Below are positions 1 to 11,653 of a stretch of DNA of 64,000 nucleotides, in pieces. The stretch is from Camelus ferus (lineage: Eukaryota). Each line of letters begins with the position of its first letter. Position 1 is the first letter of the stretch. The translations under genes were made by a program, and so were the position numbers. The stretch lies in assembly GCF_009834535.1 (NCBI RefSeq), contig NC_045696.1, positions 7,752,001 through 7,816,000 on the forward strand, in the 5' to 3' direction. The notes beneath the pieces are model-generated. The model ran no database searches. It worked only from the letters and a program-made list of their open reading frames with translations, and was not told where the DNA came from.

Positions 1-767
1 CAGTTCTGGTGCTCACTGCGTCTCACCCAGTCTGTGTGCCCTAACTTCACAATTATGGCAAGAGGTGGGGGTCTGGTTGGCCCAGTTCAAGGCAGTGTCC
101 ATCCTTGGACCATTCCACTGAGACCAAGGCACAGGCAGGGTTGCCCAGGCCACAGCTTTCAGGAGGGAGAGGGAGTAGGCCATAGACAAATCCATTTCTG
201 TCACCCAAGCTGACTTTTGGCAGTCCTTGGAGACTTCTCATAACTCAGTAAGATGAGTTCCTACTCTGTATCTGCATAGCATTCTATTCAACAGTCCTAC
301 TTGACTTTTACGTTGGTGGTTAATTCATAGCCAACTTTCTCTTGAGCATGAGCCCCTTAGGAGAAGACAGCCCTGAGACTACTACTCTCCCACTGCCCCC
401 AGCCCCCAGCACACGACGGTACTCCGCAGTGATGGCTGCTGATACTGAGATAATGAACTTAATCCACAAGAGAGGCGTCTTCAGAAAGTGTTTCTGATAA
501 TGATGAACAGCAGCGGTGGGGGGTGGGGGAGGGCCCTGGGAGAGCTGAGTGTTTTCTTTAGGTCTCCTTCCCTCTCACCCCAAGAGGTACTTTCATACTG
601 ATTGTTCTAAGGAAGTGATTAGCTGTCTGAAAAAAGAGGAGAGGATGAGACCCCATGTTCCATTTATTTCAAGAGTATTCTGCTCATCTTTTATTTTAGC
701 TGGATGACCTCTCCTGATCCCTTTGTGTCCTGTGACTACTTGATTTAATATGCAGATTTCCCTTTAG

Positions 768-956
<189 letters not shown>

Positions 957-3064
957 TAGGGGGAGTGGATTATCATATGGGGTTACCTTTTCTTTGCATC
1001 TTGAGCTATGGAACAGAACATGTGTGCAAGACAGACCAGATTGGTAGAAAGCCCTTCAAAAGGGTTTAGCATTCCTGTCTTTGGCCATGGACACCACCCA
1101 AAGGGTAGCTCATCAAACAGACTTTTTCTTGTACTTCTCCACGCTCCTGCTTCTTGTAGAATTAGAAATGGTGAAAATAAACATTTAATATATTATTTGG
1201 TAATAAGAAAAGAAAGTTAATTTCAAGAATGGGTGTCCTGGCAATCTCTCTTCCATTCTTAATCTGACCTTCCCAGGCCATGGAAAAGTTGCCTCCTTTC
1301 TGACCTTCAGAAGACGCTCCAGGCTGGTGAAAGGGGAGTAAAGAATCCCCGTTTCACCCCAGCACATCCTTATCAGGCAAGGAGATGGATCCAGAAGCAG
1401 TTTCAGACGTTCTTAGGTCCCTGGTCACCCAAGCATCAGCTTCTCCCTGTTGCCCGCGGGAGCTTGATTGGTGTTCGAAAATCTGTAATGGACAGAAAAC
1501 ATGTGATTGCGTGTTGGAAGTGCCAGCCAAAGGATACAAGGCTTATGTCTCCAGCCCTGCTATCAATAGGCAGTATTATTCTGGGCAAGCTACTTCATAC
1601 CCTCAAAGCTCTGTTTCCCTCCTGTAAGTGAGGAACTGGGCTGGATGCGGAGATTCATAAGGAGGGCCCACAGATATCAAGGAGGCCCAACGATGGCTTC
1701 AGGGAACCAAGGACTCCTATCAATGTGGGAGAGACGAAACATTTCCCTGTGGGGGAGAAGCCATAGCTTTTATTAAAGTCTTAAGGCCATGGGAGGTGGT
1801 CAGGAGACAAGGAGCATCTTTGGGGAAAGATTCAGAGTCACCAGCAGGGCTGCTATCTGGCCCCTGGGAAGACACAGTGGAAGCTGACAGTCGTCCGTGT
1901 CGCTATTTCCCCCAGGACTTTGGATTTTCTGAGTATACGGGAGATTTTTCAGCACTGCACACACCTAACTGAATGCTTTGTACAGCCACTGTGTATGTTG
2001 GATGGAAGAACGAACGAACAAGTGCAGAGTCTGCCCCTGCTCTATGGTTACTTGTTTTTTTCTCAGATGTAACTTACATTGTTTTGTATTATTAAAATAC
2101 AGTAACCAGTATATTTTTTAAAAATAATAATAATCTGAGGTCAATCAGTCTTTCCCTTCACACTGAAAATGGCTCAGAACACTTACCAAAAAATACTGTT
2201 ACTGTAAATGTCACTGTTCTACCTGAGGTGAGTATTTGGGGACTTTTTTCTCAGAGGCCCTGGGGAAACAACAGTCTTACCTCCTTGTTCTTGAAGTATT
2301 TCATTTCTTATTGAAGACCTCTTTGAGTTTGATTCAGGGCCGTGCTGAAAACTAAGGTTCAGCTTTTCTGAAGACTAACCTCTCCTGCAGAGGATGGTGG
2401 TGTTCAGTAACAGCTGAGATAAGCTGGTAACTCGCTCTTCCGAAGCCGTGGTTGAGGGGCCTGTAAAAGAGCCACTGAACATGAGCTGGCCCTTTGCCAG
2501 CGGCGTAACCCTAGCACCAAAGACTTCCAAGGATCAAGTATTAAGAGATGTGTTTTAGGTTTATGCCATGGCCAAGGTCTGAAATCTCTGAATCCAGAGT
2601 TTACTCCTTAAGACCTGAATAAAATGCTTTATTTTCAAGCATGTGTTCTGTTGTTCAAGTAGAAAAAAGAAACAAGAGATTTTCTTTTATATCATGCTCA
2701 GCGCAGAGCTACAGTGCTTGGCTAGACCACCTGAGGAATCGTTTTAGAAGCAACTCTATTTTATCCCATTCGTAGCTTCTGCTTAATTGAATCAATCATG
2801 GCTTGCTTTTTTCCCAGCTTATTTGCTCTCAGGGTGGGATGGTCCTGGGAAACAAGGATAATAAAGGAAGGGTGAAAAAGGAAGATGGGCTCAAAGACCT
2901 AAGTCACTCTCTAGGTGGCCAGAGAAGAGAAGCTTGGTGTGAGGACAAGGAAGCAGGAAGTCAACACAGTGAAAGCTGTAACTCTGTCCAGGTGTTTGAG
3001 AGAAATGTGCCATGCCTTCAGTAGGTTGAGCTGCTCATGTTTTCAATTGTTTGTTTTCGTCCAG

Positions 3065-3278
3065 GCTGTGGATTTAACGTGACTAATAGTAACCCTACCA
3101 TATGCATCAACGATCTCATCACAGAATACAATAAGCAACACAGGGCAGGACTGAAGCCCCTCAGAGCTGATTATCTGATCGCCAGAACTGTGACCGTGCT
3201 GGAGAAACTGATGGACACGTTTCAGGACGAAGGGCCCAATGGCATTCTGCCTCTGTATTATAAATACTGGGTCCACAG
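3065..3278 (+). CDS. HLCS: Holocarboxylase synthetase, penultimate coding exon
   Basis: ccag|GC TGT GGA TTT AAC...CAC AG|gtcagt, 214 nt, phase matches both neighbours; [26 protein letters not shown]...[11 protein letters not shown]. Confidence 0.97.
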
Positions 3279-3587
3279 GTCAGTGCTGGCTTGTCTTCGT
3301 CCTTTTACAATTCCTTTTTTAAGTCAGTAGTTTAATACCTTAAAATGAGAAGTTAAGCACTGGTCTAGATAATTACTTTTTATTTTACTGACGGATAAAC
3401 CTGGTAGATGCCACCTTGAGCAAGTTAGCATCGCCCAGCAACAGGGACGAACTGGCATCCCGTGCCTCCAGGTGGGGTGCGCTGGGAAAACACAACATCA
3501 CTGGAGATTTTCCTCCCTGGCATGTTGAAGCTGAATCTAATTGTGAGGAAACAGGCAAGTCTAGATTGTGGAACATTCTAGATAACA

Positions 3588-3762
3588 ATCGTTTTCCAAG
3601 TGAGATCCCCAGGGGGGCAGCAGCAGCCTGGCCTGGGAACTTGTTAGAAATGCAAATTAACAGCTCCCATCCTGGACTTTCTAAATCAGAGACTCTGAGG
3701 CTGGGGCCCCGCTTCCGTGTTTTAACAAAGGCTCCCGGGGATTCTCAGTTTGAGAAGTGTAC
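3588..3762. mobile_element. MER5A-like hAT-Charlie DNA transposon fragment
   Basis: Characteristic GGGAACTTGTTAGAAATGCAAATT...AATCAGAGACTCTG...GTGTTTTAACAA...GATTCT...AGTTTGAGAA. Confidence 0.7.
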
Positions 3763-3789
3763 CAGCCAGCCTCTGCTCCTCAATGTCAG

Positions 3790-4250
3790 TGTCTTAAAGA
3801 CAAAGAGAAGGATGAGAGATTTTCTGAGACTGAAGAAGAGTAAAGAGGCATGACAGCTTAGTGCAACATGTGATTCATAATCGGGCCCTGGAAGGAAGGA
3901 AATAGTCACAAAGGATATTAATGGGACTTCTGAACACGGTCTATATATTAAATGATGTTATTGTATCAAGGTCAGATTTCTTGAGGGTGATGATGATATT
4001 CTGGTTTTGTAGGAGATTGTTCTTATTCTTTAGAGATAACATGCTGAAGTATTTAAGTACACAGTGTCATGATGCCTGCAGCTTATTTTTAAATATCAGC
4101 CAAAAACAAACAAACTGTGTACGTGTGTAAAGAGAGCAAATATGGAAAATGTTATCACTTGGTGTGATTTATAAGTGAAGGGGGAATATGAGATTCATTG
4201 TACTATTTCTCAACTTTGCTATAGGTTTGAAATTTTTCAAAATAAAAATT
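3790..4250 (+). mobile_element. Ancient L1 (L1MC/L1ME-type) 3' end fragment
   Basis: Resembles old L1 3'UTR: ...TGTTCTTATTCTT...ATGCTGAAGTATTT...TTCATTGTACTATT...AACTTT...TAGGTTTGAAATTTTTCAAAATAAAA. Confidence 0.6.
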
Positions 4251-4799
4251 GGAGAGGTACAGACTCTATACTTTTACATCTTTTAACGAGGATATAAGGC
4301 AATAGATGCATTTGGAAAATATTTAAAAGAAGTAGAATTAGGTTGAGTTTAGTTTATAATTGATGCTACTCAACTTGATAAAAGTTTTCTTTTAACTCTG
4401 CCAAAAAGAGGCCAGTCTCAGCCAAAAATCCTAGAGGGTTGCACAGCGTTGTTTTGCTTTGTTTCCCCCCCTCCCCTGAGTGCTAGAGGGTGAGGAAGTA
4501 GGGCAAATATCGTCATCCCAGGGGATCAGAATTCGGAGTGCCATTGCTTATGAGAGAAGCAGTTACAACTAACTCCCTGTTGGACTTTGCATCGCCCTGG
4601 TTATTCTTGTAGCTATCATAACAATTCAGGCGGGACCCTGAAAGTCAGAGCTCAGACTCAGATGCATTTTAACTTTATCTGGCCCAGCCCCCTCCCCCAC
4701 CGCCCCACATCCCTTCGCATAGTGGATAATTACTTACCTAATTGTCTCAAGCCAATGTTACTCCATTTCCCGGTGACGGGGTCTGTTCCTCATTTTCAG

Positions 4800-4971
4800 T
4801 GCTCAGCAAGTCAGTCTGGGAAGCCCAGAGGGACCAAAGGTGTGGATAGTCGGCCTCGATGATTCCGGGTTCCTTCTGGTTCACCAGGAAAATGGCAAGG
4901 TGATGACTGTGCATCCTGATGGCAACTCCTTCGACATGCTGAGAAACCTCATCGTCCCCAAACAGCAGTAG
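4800..4971 (+). CDS. HLCS: Holocarboxylase synthetase, last coding exon to stop
   Basis: ttttcag|T GCT CAG...; [59 protein letters not shown] at 4969-4971. Confidence 0.97.
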
Positions 4972-6050
4972 TCCCCGCGCCTGCGCCAAGGCCTGGGGCC
5001 TCCCCAGGCCACTGCTGAGACGGGCTGGGGCTGACACGTGTGCAGAACCACCACAGAAACATTCCCGTTTGATTTCTGCCACCTTTCCTAGCCCGTGGAT
5101 CTGGAAAACTAATGCAGAGTTGCAGGCGATTTTTCTCTCCCTCTGATTAATCGGTTAATTCTTTAATTTTGTTCTGTCGCCATTTTATTTGGTGTTTGAA
5201 GATGTTTGGGTGGAGGGTTGACAAGTGAAGGTTTAGTTTAGGGAAAAGCCCTGCCATAGGTGTGACATAGTTCTCCCCTCTTGGACTTGGATGTATGTTA
5301 ATTGCCCCCCCCCCCCACCAAAAAGTTTTTACATGGAAACAGCAATGGCAATGGGATAATTCAAATGTTTTCCCAGTAGTGGAGATCTTTACCCCTAAAC
5401 TGTGAAAAACAAATTAAAAAAAAAAAAAAGCTTTCGGGCCAGAGTTTGAGGTATGATAACACTGTTTACGAGCATCTAGGGAGGCATTTTCCAACAGGAG
5501 CACAGATTGGCACTTAGTCATCATTTTATTTTATGTTAATGAAGAAAAGAGCAGGTTGACCTCTAAGAGCTGTTCTCAGCGCGGTGGCTTGTGGCCCAAC
5601 AGCAGAGTCTGAGTGGCTCCAGAGATGCACCGAGTTGAGGCGGATGCAAGGACCTTGCAGAAGAAATCAGTTCATTACCTTGACATTAATTAATGAGCTT
5701 GCCTTTCGTAAGGTTTAAGTTTACTGGGTATTCTGAAGTGATGGGATCAAGTTCAAGATCCTTAAAGCGTTGATTAGGCACTTGCTTGGATGTGACGGGG
5801 GATGATTTGGCTCTAACAGCTGGAGATGACGTCTGGCTCTCATACTGCACGCAAAAGAGGATTTGGAGCTTTTAAGCCAGCTTCAGGCTCGCTTTGAAAT
5901 GCAGAGCATTCCTGCAGGCCTGTGCAGGGCACAGAACATAGAAGTACATGGCATTTTTATTTGTAAGTCATTTTTTTTTGCCCCCTTTTTCTTATATTGC
6001 CAAAAAAGAAAATGTTATTGATACTGAATACCATCGGTTAAGAGGACAGA

Positions 6051-6074
6051 TGTGTGTGTTTGTGTGTGTGTGTG
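6051..6074. repeat. Interrupted (TG)n microsatellite in HLCS 3'UTR
   Basis: tgtgtgtgtttgtgtgtgtgtgtg. Confidence 0.85.
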
Positions 6075-7875
6075 AAGCTTTAAAAGAAGATGTTCAAAAT
6101 CTGATGCCCTAAGAGTCTCTGTGGAAGAACAAAAGAAAGGAAGCCTTTTGATATACATGTGCTGCTTCCAGATGTAGTCCATGCTTTCTCCATGAAACTC
6201 CTTTCTCTGTTGAACTTGAGAATCGTACATGTAGCTTTTCAGACTAAAAAGGCCAATTTTTGTCCTCTTGTCTCTCTTCATGCCAATCCCAAATGAAATT
6301 AGTGGAAAGAAAACTTGATGAGGCTCTCAGCTTTGAACAGAATCCCCTTAGTGCACACCAGCACCCTCTGTCCAGCTTTCCCAAGTCAGGCTAACTCCAG
6401 AAACGTGTGGTTTTCAGTATAAAAATCTGTCTACCTTTAGCCAGGCACAGGCAGCCCCATAGGAAGGAAAAAAATAACATGTTTAGTTAAGTACACCAAC
6501 CCAATATGTGTGTTTTGGAAATGTAACTTTAAAAGAACTTCAGAAGCAATTTTTGCAAATAAGGCTTCAATTAGAATTATTCTTCTTAAAAAAACAACCA
6601 CGCTCTCCTAAATGCCCACGTCTAAATGTAAGTTTAAATAAAAGTCTGTATCACCCCAAAATTGCGAAATGGACTCACCCTGGAGAGGGCATCTGCAAAA
6701 TATCATCCGGAAGAAAGATCTCAGGCTAATGCTGCAAGTTTCATTTCTTAAACTTTGTAATATAGGGCAAGTCATCTCTCAGAGCGGCCGTCATTACTTT
6801 TTGAATTTCTTTGGGGGGTTATTTAATGAAAAACATGCTCTGATTTGTTTTAAGCTGAAGTCCTATTCTAGACAGCCTGCTTTGGGGGGGGGGGAATGTT
6901 ATCATTTAATTTCCTTTTGGTAAATTAAAACTAATGAAGTGTGGCCATGTCAAAGCAGATGGAGATGCTCCGGGCGTATCGCTTTGCCTCTGTGTTTTTA
7001 AGACTGTTCTTACTTGTGCCCACACCCAGTTGTCTTCAGGGAGACAAAGTAGACTTGGAGCAGATGCTGCATTTTTCATAAACCTGATTTTGCCTCAAAT
7101 GAACCAAAGACTTTGGAAATTCTGCTTCGTATAGAACAGCTGAATAAAGGCATTTTACTTATATTTTTAGCATTAGGGAAACGTATCTACTTGCTACACT
7201 GCACTCATCAATTTGGGGTGTTAATGAACCTGGCAATCTATGATCTCAAAGAGCTTTAAAGTCTTAATGGAAACGTTGCATTTTCTTCTTAATCTTTACA
7301 ACACAGCACCTACACTCAGGATTGGTGTGTGCTTTTGGGATATTTGTATTGTGCCCCAGTTCAGAGGCTGTGCACTGAGCAACCATCAGGTTAAGTTAAA
7401 AGGCAAGACACCTTCCCCTCTGGGCTGGTCACAAATTTCAGGGGAACTCTTGAGAAGTGCCCCCTAAAATAGGACACAGCAATAGCTGGGCTTCCAGTGC
7501 CCCCCCCCAACCCTCCCAGCACTGGTCATACTGGTCATCCTAGCAGCACTTACAGTGTAGGAGCAAAGTCAGAAGGATTTGTGTCTGGTGGGGTTTGCTG
7601 CTGTGGCACGCTGCCTGCCGGATGTGGGAGCACAGGCCCAGACTGAGATTGCATGCAGCCTCCCACCCTCACCCCCCACCCCGCACACACACGGGAGCAC
7701 TATGTGGTCACCCCTCACCCTAGGGTCCTGGAACCGGGAGAGAAGCCAGCCTCACCCAGCAGTTGCAGTAATGCATAAGGGAGACGTTTTAGGCTCCCAT
7801 TCTGTAGATGTGTTTGCTCTTCACTGGCAAAGAATGGAGAATTGTTATTCCTGGGTAATTACTATGCATATTTGA

Positions 7876-8106
7876 AATAAAAGAGTGTTAAACCTTTGCA
7901 TTTTTAGCTTTTCAAAGTATCATCTCTGAAAAGTAATGACTTTAAACCTACGCCTATAAAAAGCAAGTCTACCAAAATAAAGTTTAAGACTTTCTATATA
8001 GTTTGGATTCACTGTTATTTTTTTTACCACCTTTTATTTGTAAAAATAAGCAACTACTTTTGGTTACAGTATTTTTTTATTCATATTTAAACATTTTAAA
8101 AATAAA
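7876..8106 (+). terminator. Cluster of candidate HLCS polyadenylation signals
   Basis: AATAAA at 7876-7881, 7976-7981 and 8101-8106 with T-rich downstream sequence. Confidence 0.6.
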
Positions 8107-8953
8107 TAGTTTTACATAGTAAGGAATATTATTTATTTCTAAGTACTAAGCTTTTTTTTTGATGGATTTTTGACAGATGTATTATGTGTCATACAAAAGA
8201 GAGATCTTATTACTCCAAAGAATGGAAGTTAGCAAAACTCCAAAGTTTAAAACAAAAATCAACTGAGGTGAGAAATTAATATAATAATGTAAATTTTAAA
8301 ATTTGGAAATAAATTGAATGTAACAACAAATTTAATAGAACAGATACTGTTCTTGTCAAATTATTCTTACTCTTTTGTGAAAACTGCTTGACTTTTGTCT
8401 TGACAGTGTTTCCCCAAGATTTTTACTTTATATTTCATACTTAAGTTTAGGGAGAGCTTGAATAATGCATCTTAGATAACCCAAAGGCTACGATTCACTA
8501 CAATTTTAAGCTACTGCAATTTTATGGCATTTATTTGAAAATGCTCCTTTTATTCCATTTTATCTGTAGCAGCCCCCACAGTCTACCTTAACTGTCTTAC
8601 GGTTACAAGCAGCTACACTTTGGGTAGACTTTATACAGGATCCACTGACAAGAGTAAGCCTCTCCCACCCGCAGGATCCAAGGCAGGAAGGCATGGCCCA
8701 TAGGACTTAAAAGGACCAAAGGGGTGGGGGTGAGGCAGCCGATTTGCTCAGAGCAGCCCTTCACACCCTGTTCACTTCTCTACAAAGGTATGAATGGAAT
8801 GGCTTTTCTAGAAAGGGCGTCTGTGAACATAAAGGAATTCCTTTCCCTGGGAGGCCCAGTGGAGGGAGGGCCAAGCCAATCTTAAACTGGGCTTATTTCT
8901 CAAATCCATTTGATCTGGCATTTTTGTCAACATGTTAGGACTCACTACAATTT

Positions 8954-8975
8954 TGTGTGTGTGTGTGTGTGTGTG
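8954..8975. repeat. (TG)11 microsatellite between the HLCS and SIM2 3' ends
   Basis: Direct reading. Confidence 0.9.
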
Positions 8976-9229
8976 AAAGAAAGGCATATATATTAAAATG
9001 CTTCCTCTTCCTCGGACAGAGCCTCACAGAAAGAAACGAGATCCCCAGCTTAAACGTGCAGACTGAAAGGTGGAGGTAACAATATTAGGTTGCCATAGTA
9101 ACTGCGCTGTTAACTTTGCACGGAGCTGCTGGCCACCCGGAAGCCAGCTTGTATAGGAATCTTCCTCCATGTTCTAGGCTATGAAGACTGATGTTTGTTC
9201 AGGCAAGGACGTTTTTCCTTGGTACACAT

Positions 9230-9439
9230 TTTATTTTTGAAGTACATACACACTCATGGTTAAGCCTATTTGTGTTATCATTTATAAATCTATAACTGTC
9301 TTCTTTCCTAACAGTAACCTTTGATCTTAAACTGCTCTGAAAGCCTTCATGCTTTGTATTTACTGTGTACAGCACCCCCCCCCCCCCAAACCAATGGCTA
9401 ATAACAAGGTCAACACAAAAGCTTTTATGGTACTTTATT
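9230..9439 (-). terminator. Candidate SIM2 (long isoform) polyadenylation signals
   Basis: TTTATT on + (AATAAA on -) at 9434-9439 and 9230-9235; the 9434 signal is followed on - by a GU/U-rich tract (TTTTGTGTTG). Confidence 0.65.
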
Positions 9440-11200
9440 GGAAAATGTCAGGGGATATCCTCTTGTTCATCAAACCTGCACCGTCCAGGAATCATGGTTT
9501 AGTTACGGGTCTTGTCAGCATAAAAATAATACCCCAGGCTTAGTTTCTGTGTGCACACACTCCCAAAAAGCTGCTCATGACGTATGGCTAAGTGCAGCGT
9601 AGACGTGTATGCATTCAATTCTTACGACTCTGCCTCTTTACTGCAAGACACACGTTCCTAAATTTGCAAATTGTAAGGTAAGGCAAACTTACACCGTGTT
9701 AGGGGACGAGGCAGGTCCTCATAGTGATACTGGCTTGGCAACAGATCATTTCACATTTTGAGAACAGCTGATATAGGTGAACTTTGATTCTAGAACAGAC
9801 ACTTAAAAGACATTTATGAAAAACCTTTCCACTCAGAAAGGTGGGTATAGTTTCCTAAAAGTAAACCGTCTTTGAAAAAGCAGAAAATGATGGAGTGTTC
9901 AGTGTGCAGCAGATTGAAAGATGGTGGCTGGTTCAATACACTGATCCACTTCAGAGCCATTGTAGGATTTTTAAATGGTGAAATCTTGAAGCAAAGTATA
10001 AAAATAAAATGGAAATTAATGGAAGTTTATTTTAAAAACACTGCTGGTGCTTTATAAAAAGATTTGTTTACCTGTTACACACATGACATGTTCATAGGGA
10101 GTTTTCTTGCCCTGTATAAAATGCAGAAAATGCTGAAGACAATGTATACATCATTTTCATTACATCCCTTTAGCATGTTTTCTTCCACGAGGCACAGTCC
10201 ATTGACAATTTTCCATATTGCACATGCAATTTAACTAACTTTATTAGCACTACTTGTAGCAAACACGAGCCTAGGGAATTGCAGGTGTGGGCCAGAGAGA
10301 TTCTGCCTTGTCATCAAACTCGGTGGGGCAGCCAATCCATTGGGCATCTCAATCATCCACATGTCATTCTCATAAAATATCTGGCTATATAGATTTTTGC
10401 ATTTAATGCCTGTTCCATATATTCTGAAGGTGCTATTCTTGGTGGTATCAAGAGTTCACAGGGGTTAGGAGGCAGTAAGAGCTCGTGCCTTGTGGAGCAC
10501 ACCCACGTCCACCCCCTTGGTCTCGGCTTGTTGATTTTCGTATTAAAGAAAGGGTTAAATAAAAACGACTTTTAATGAGACTTATGAATGACTTTTAAAG
10601 ACAGCGGAGTTGTCCAAAATTCACGGGGCTTCAGTCATCACATTCAGCCTTGACTGAAGAATCCAAACGGGCTCTGAGTACCGGAGGCTTCCCGTCTCCC
10701 GGCCGGCCACCCGCCGGCATAGCTGGCTGTATCAGCGCGGGTTCTCCTCCTTAAAGCGGAGGGCTCCTTCAATCCCCCGGAGGGACTGTTACCGAGCATC
10801 GGGGACAAGGCAAGGGGCGCCAGGAAACCAAGTCCCCCCAAAGACAGAGTAGTGGAGGCCACACGTGGGACGTCGGGGACGCTCAGCTACCCCTTTCGGA
10901 AAACCTGGCTCTCGGAGAACGAAGGTCGGGCGGTCACGTCTCCCCAGCATCGCCGTGTCTCCGTCCTCTACACCGGCGTTTATGGCATCTACGGTACAAA
11001 TCTAAAGTCGGCGGCAGAGTTCTATTAAAATAGTTGTCTCTGTATAAATTAATTTAAATCGTGCATATACAGCTCGCCCCTCCTGACTCGGCTGGACTTG
11101 GCGAAGTGGGAGCCGAAGAGGCTGGCCTATGGCTTCTCCCCGCAGGCAGCCCTGCGCGAGGCGGGGTCGGCCCAGGACCCCGCGGTCCGGCCCGGGCGGG
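9415..11200 (-). other. SIM2: SIM2 long-isoform 3'UTR (end approximate)
   Basis: Lies between the orthologous stop (11201-11203) and the AATAAA at 9434-9439. Confidence 0.65.
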
Positions 11201-11653
11201 TCACCTGCCGTTGGTGATGATGACCGAGGCGCCCAGGTAGTGCGGCAGGGGCGCGCCCGGCGGCGAGGCGGCGGCGGGGCCTGGGGGCCGGGGCCGCAGC
11301 GCGCCGGCCGCCGCCTCGGGGGCGCCGGGGCCGCAGGCGAGGGCCGAGGCGGCGGGCGCAGCGCCCCCCAGCGGCCCGCGCCGGGCCAGCACGCGGTGGT
11401 AGTTGAGCAGCACGAAGGGCAGCTGCGCCGGCGCGCCCGGGGGCTCGGGGGCCGGTGGCGCGCAGCACTCGGGAGCCGCGCGGGCCAGCGCCAGGCGCTG
11501 CCCCGTCCCGGGTGGCCTGGCGGGCGACCTTGGCCGGGCCCAGCGCCGGCTCCTCGCGGTAGTGGCCGCAGCTCGGGAAGCTCGGCGGCGGCGGCGGCGC
11601 GGTGTCCTCGCCGAACCTGCGCGCGGCGGCGGCGGCGGCGGCGGCGGCGGGCG
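11201..11653 (-). CDS. SIM2: SIM2 exon 11 (Pro/Ala-rich C-terminal region); contains an apparent +1 frameshift near 11499-11504
   Basis: Branch-like CTAAC, then cccgcag|CG acceptor; first half reads [51 protein letters not shown], second half RLALARAAPECC...LPHYLGASVIITNGR* in a different frame; 453 nt. Confidence 0.9.
   Translation of the reverse strand, partial: RPPPPPPPPPRAGSARTPRRRRRRASRAAATTARSRRWARPRSPARPPGTGQRLALARAAPECCAPPAPEPPGAPAQLPFVLLNYHRVLARRGPLGGAAPAASALACGPGAPEAAAGALRPRPPGPAAASPPGAPLPHYLGASVIITNGR
11622..11648 (-). repeat. Coding (GCC)8GCG poly-Ala repeat
   Basis: Encodes 9 consecutive Ala in SIM2 exon 11. Confidence 0.9.

Larger units (their letters stand above)
4972..8130 (+). 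other. HLCS: HLCS 3'UTR (end approximate)
   Basis: Follows the stop codon; AATAAA at 6637, 7143, 7876, 7976 and 8101, the last three in an AT/U-rich zone; the signal actually used is inferred. Confidence 0.6.

Noticed and set aside
10037..10043. miR-141/200a-type seed match (CAGTGTT on -) in the SIM2 3'UTR
   Set aside because: A single 7-mer in 1.8 kb is not significant without conservation data
11490..11510. Programmed ribosomal frameshift as an explanation of the exon 11 frame break
   Set aside because: No X XXY YYZ slippery heptamer is present, and a single-base removal restores the orthologous protein; a simple indel (error or mutation) is more parsimonious
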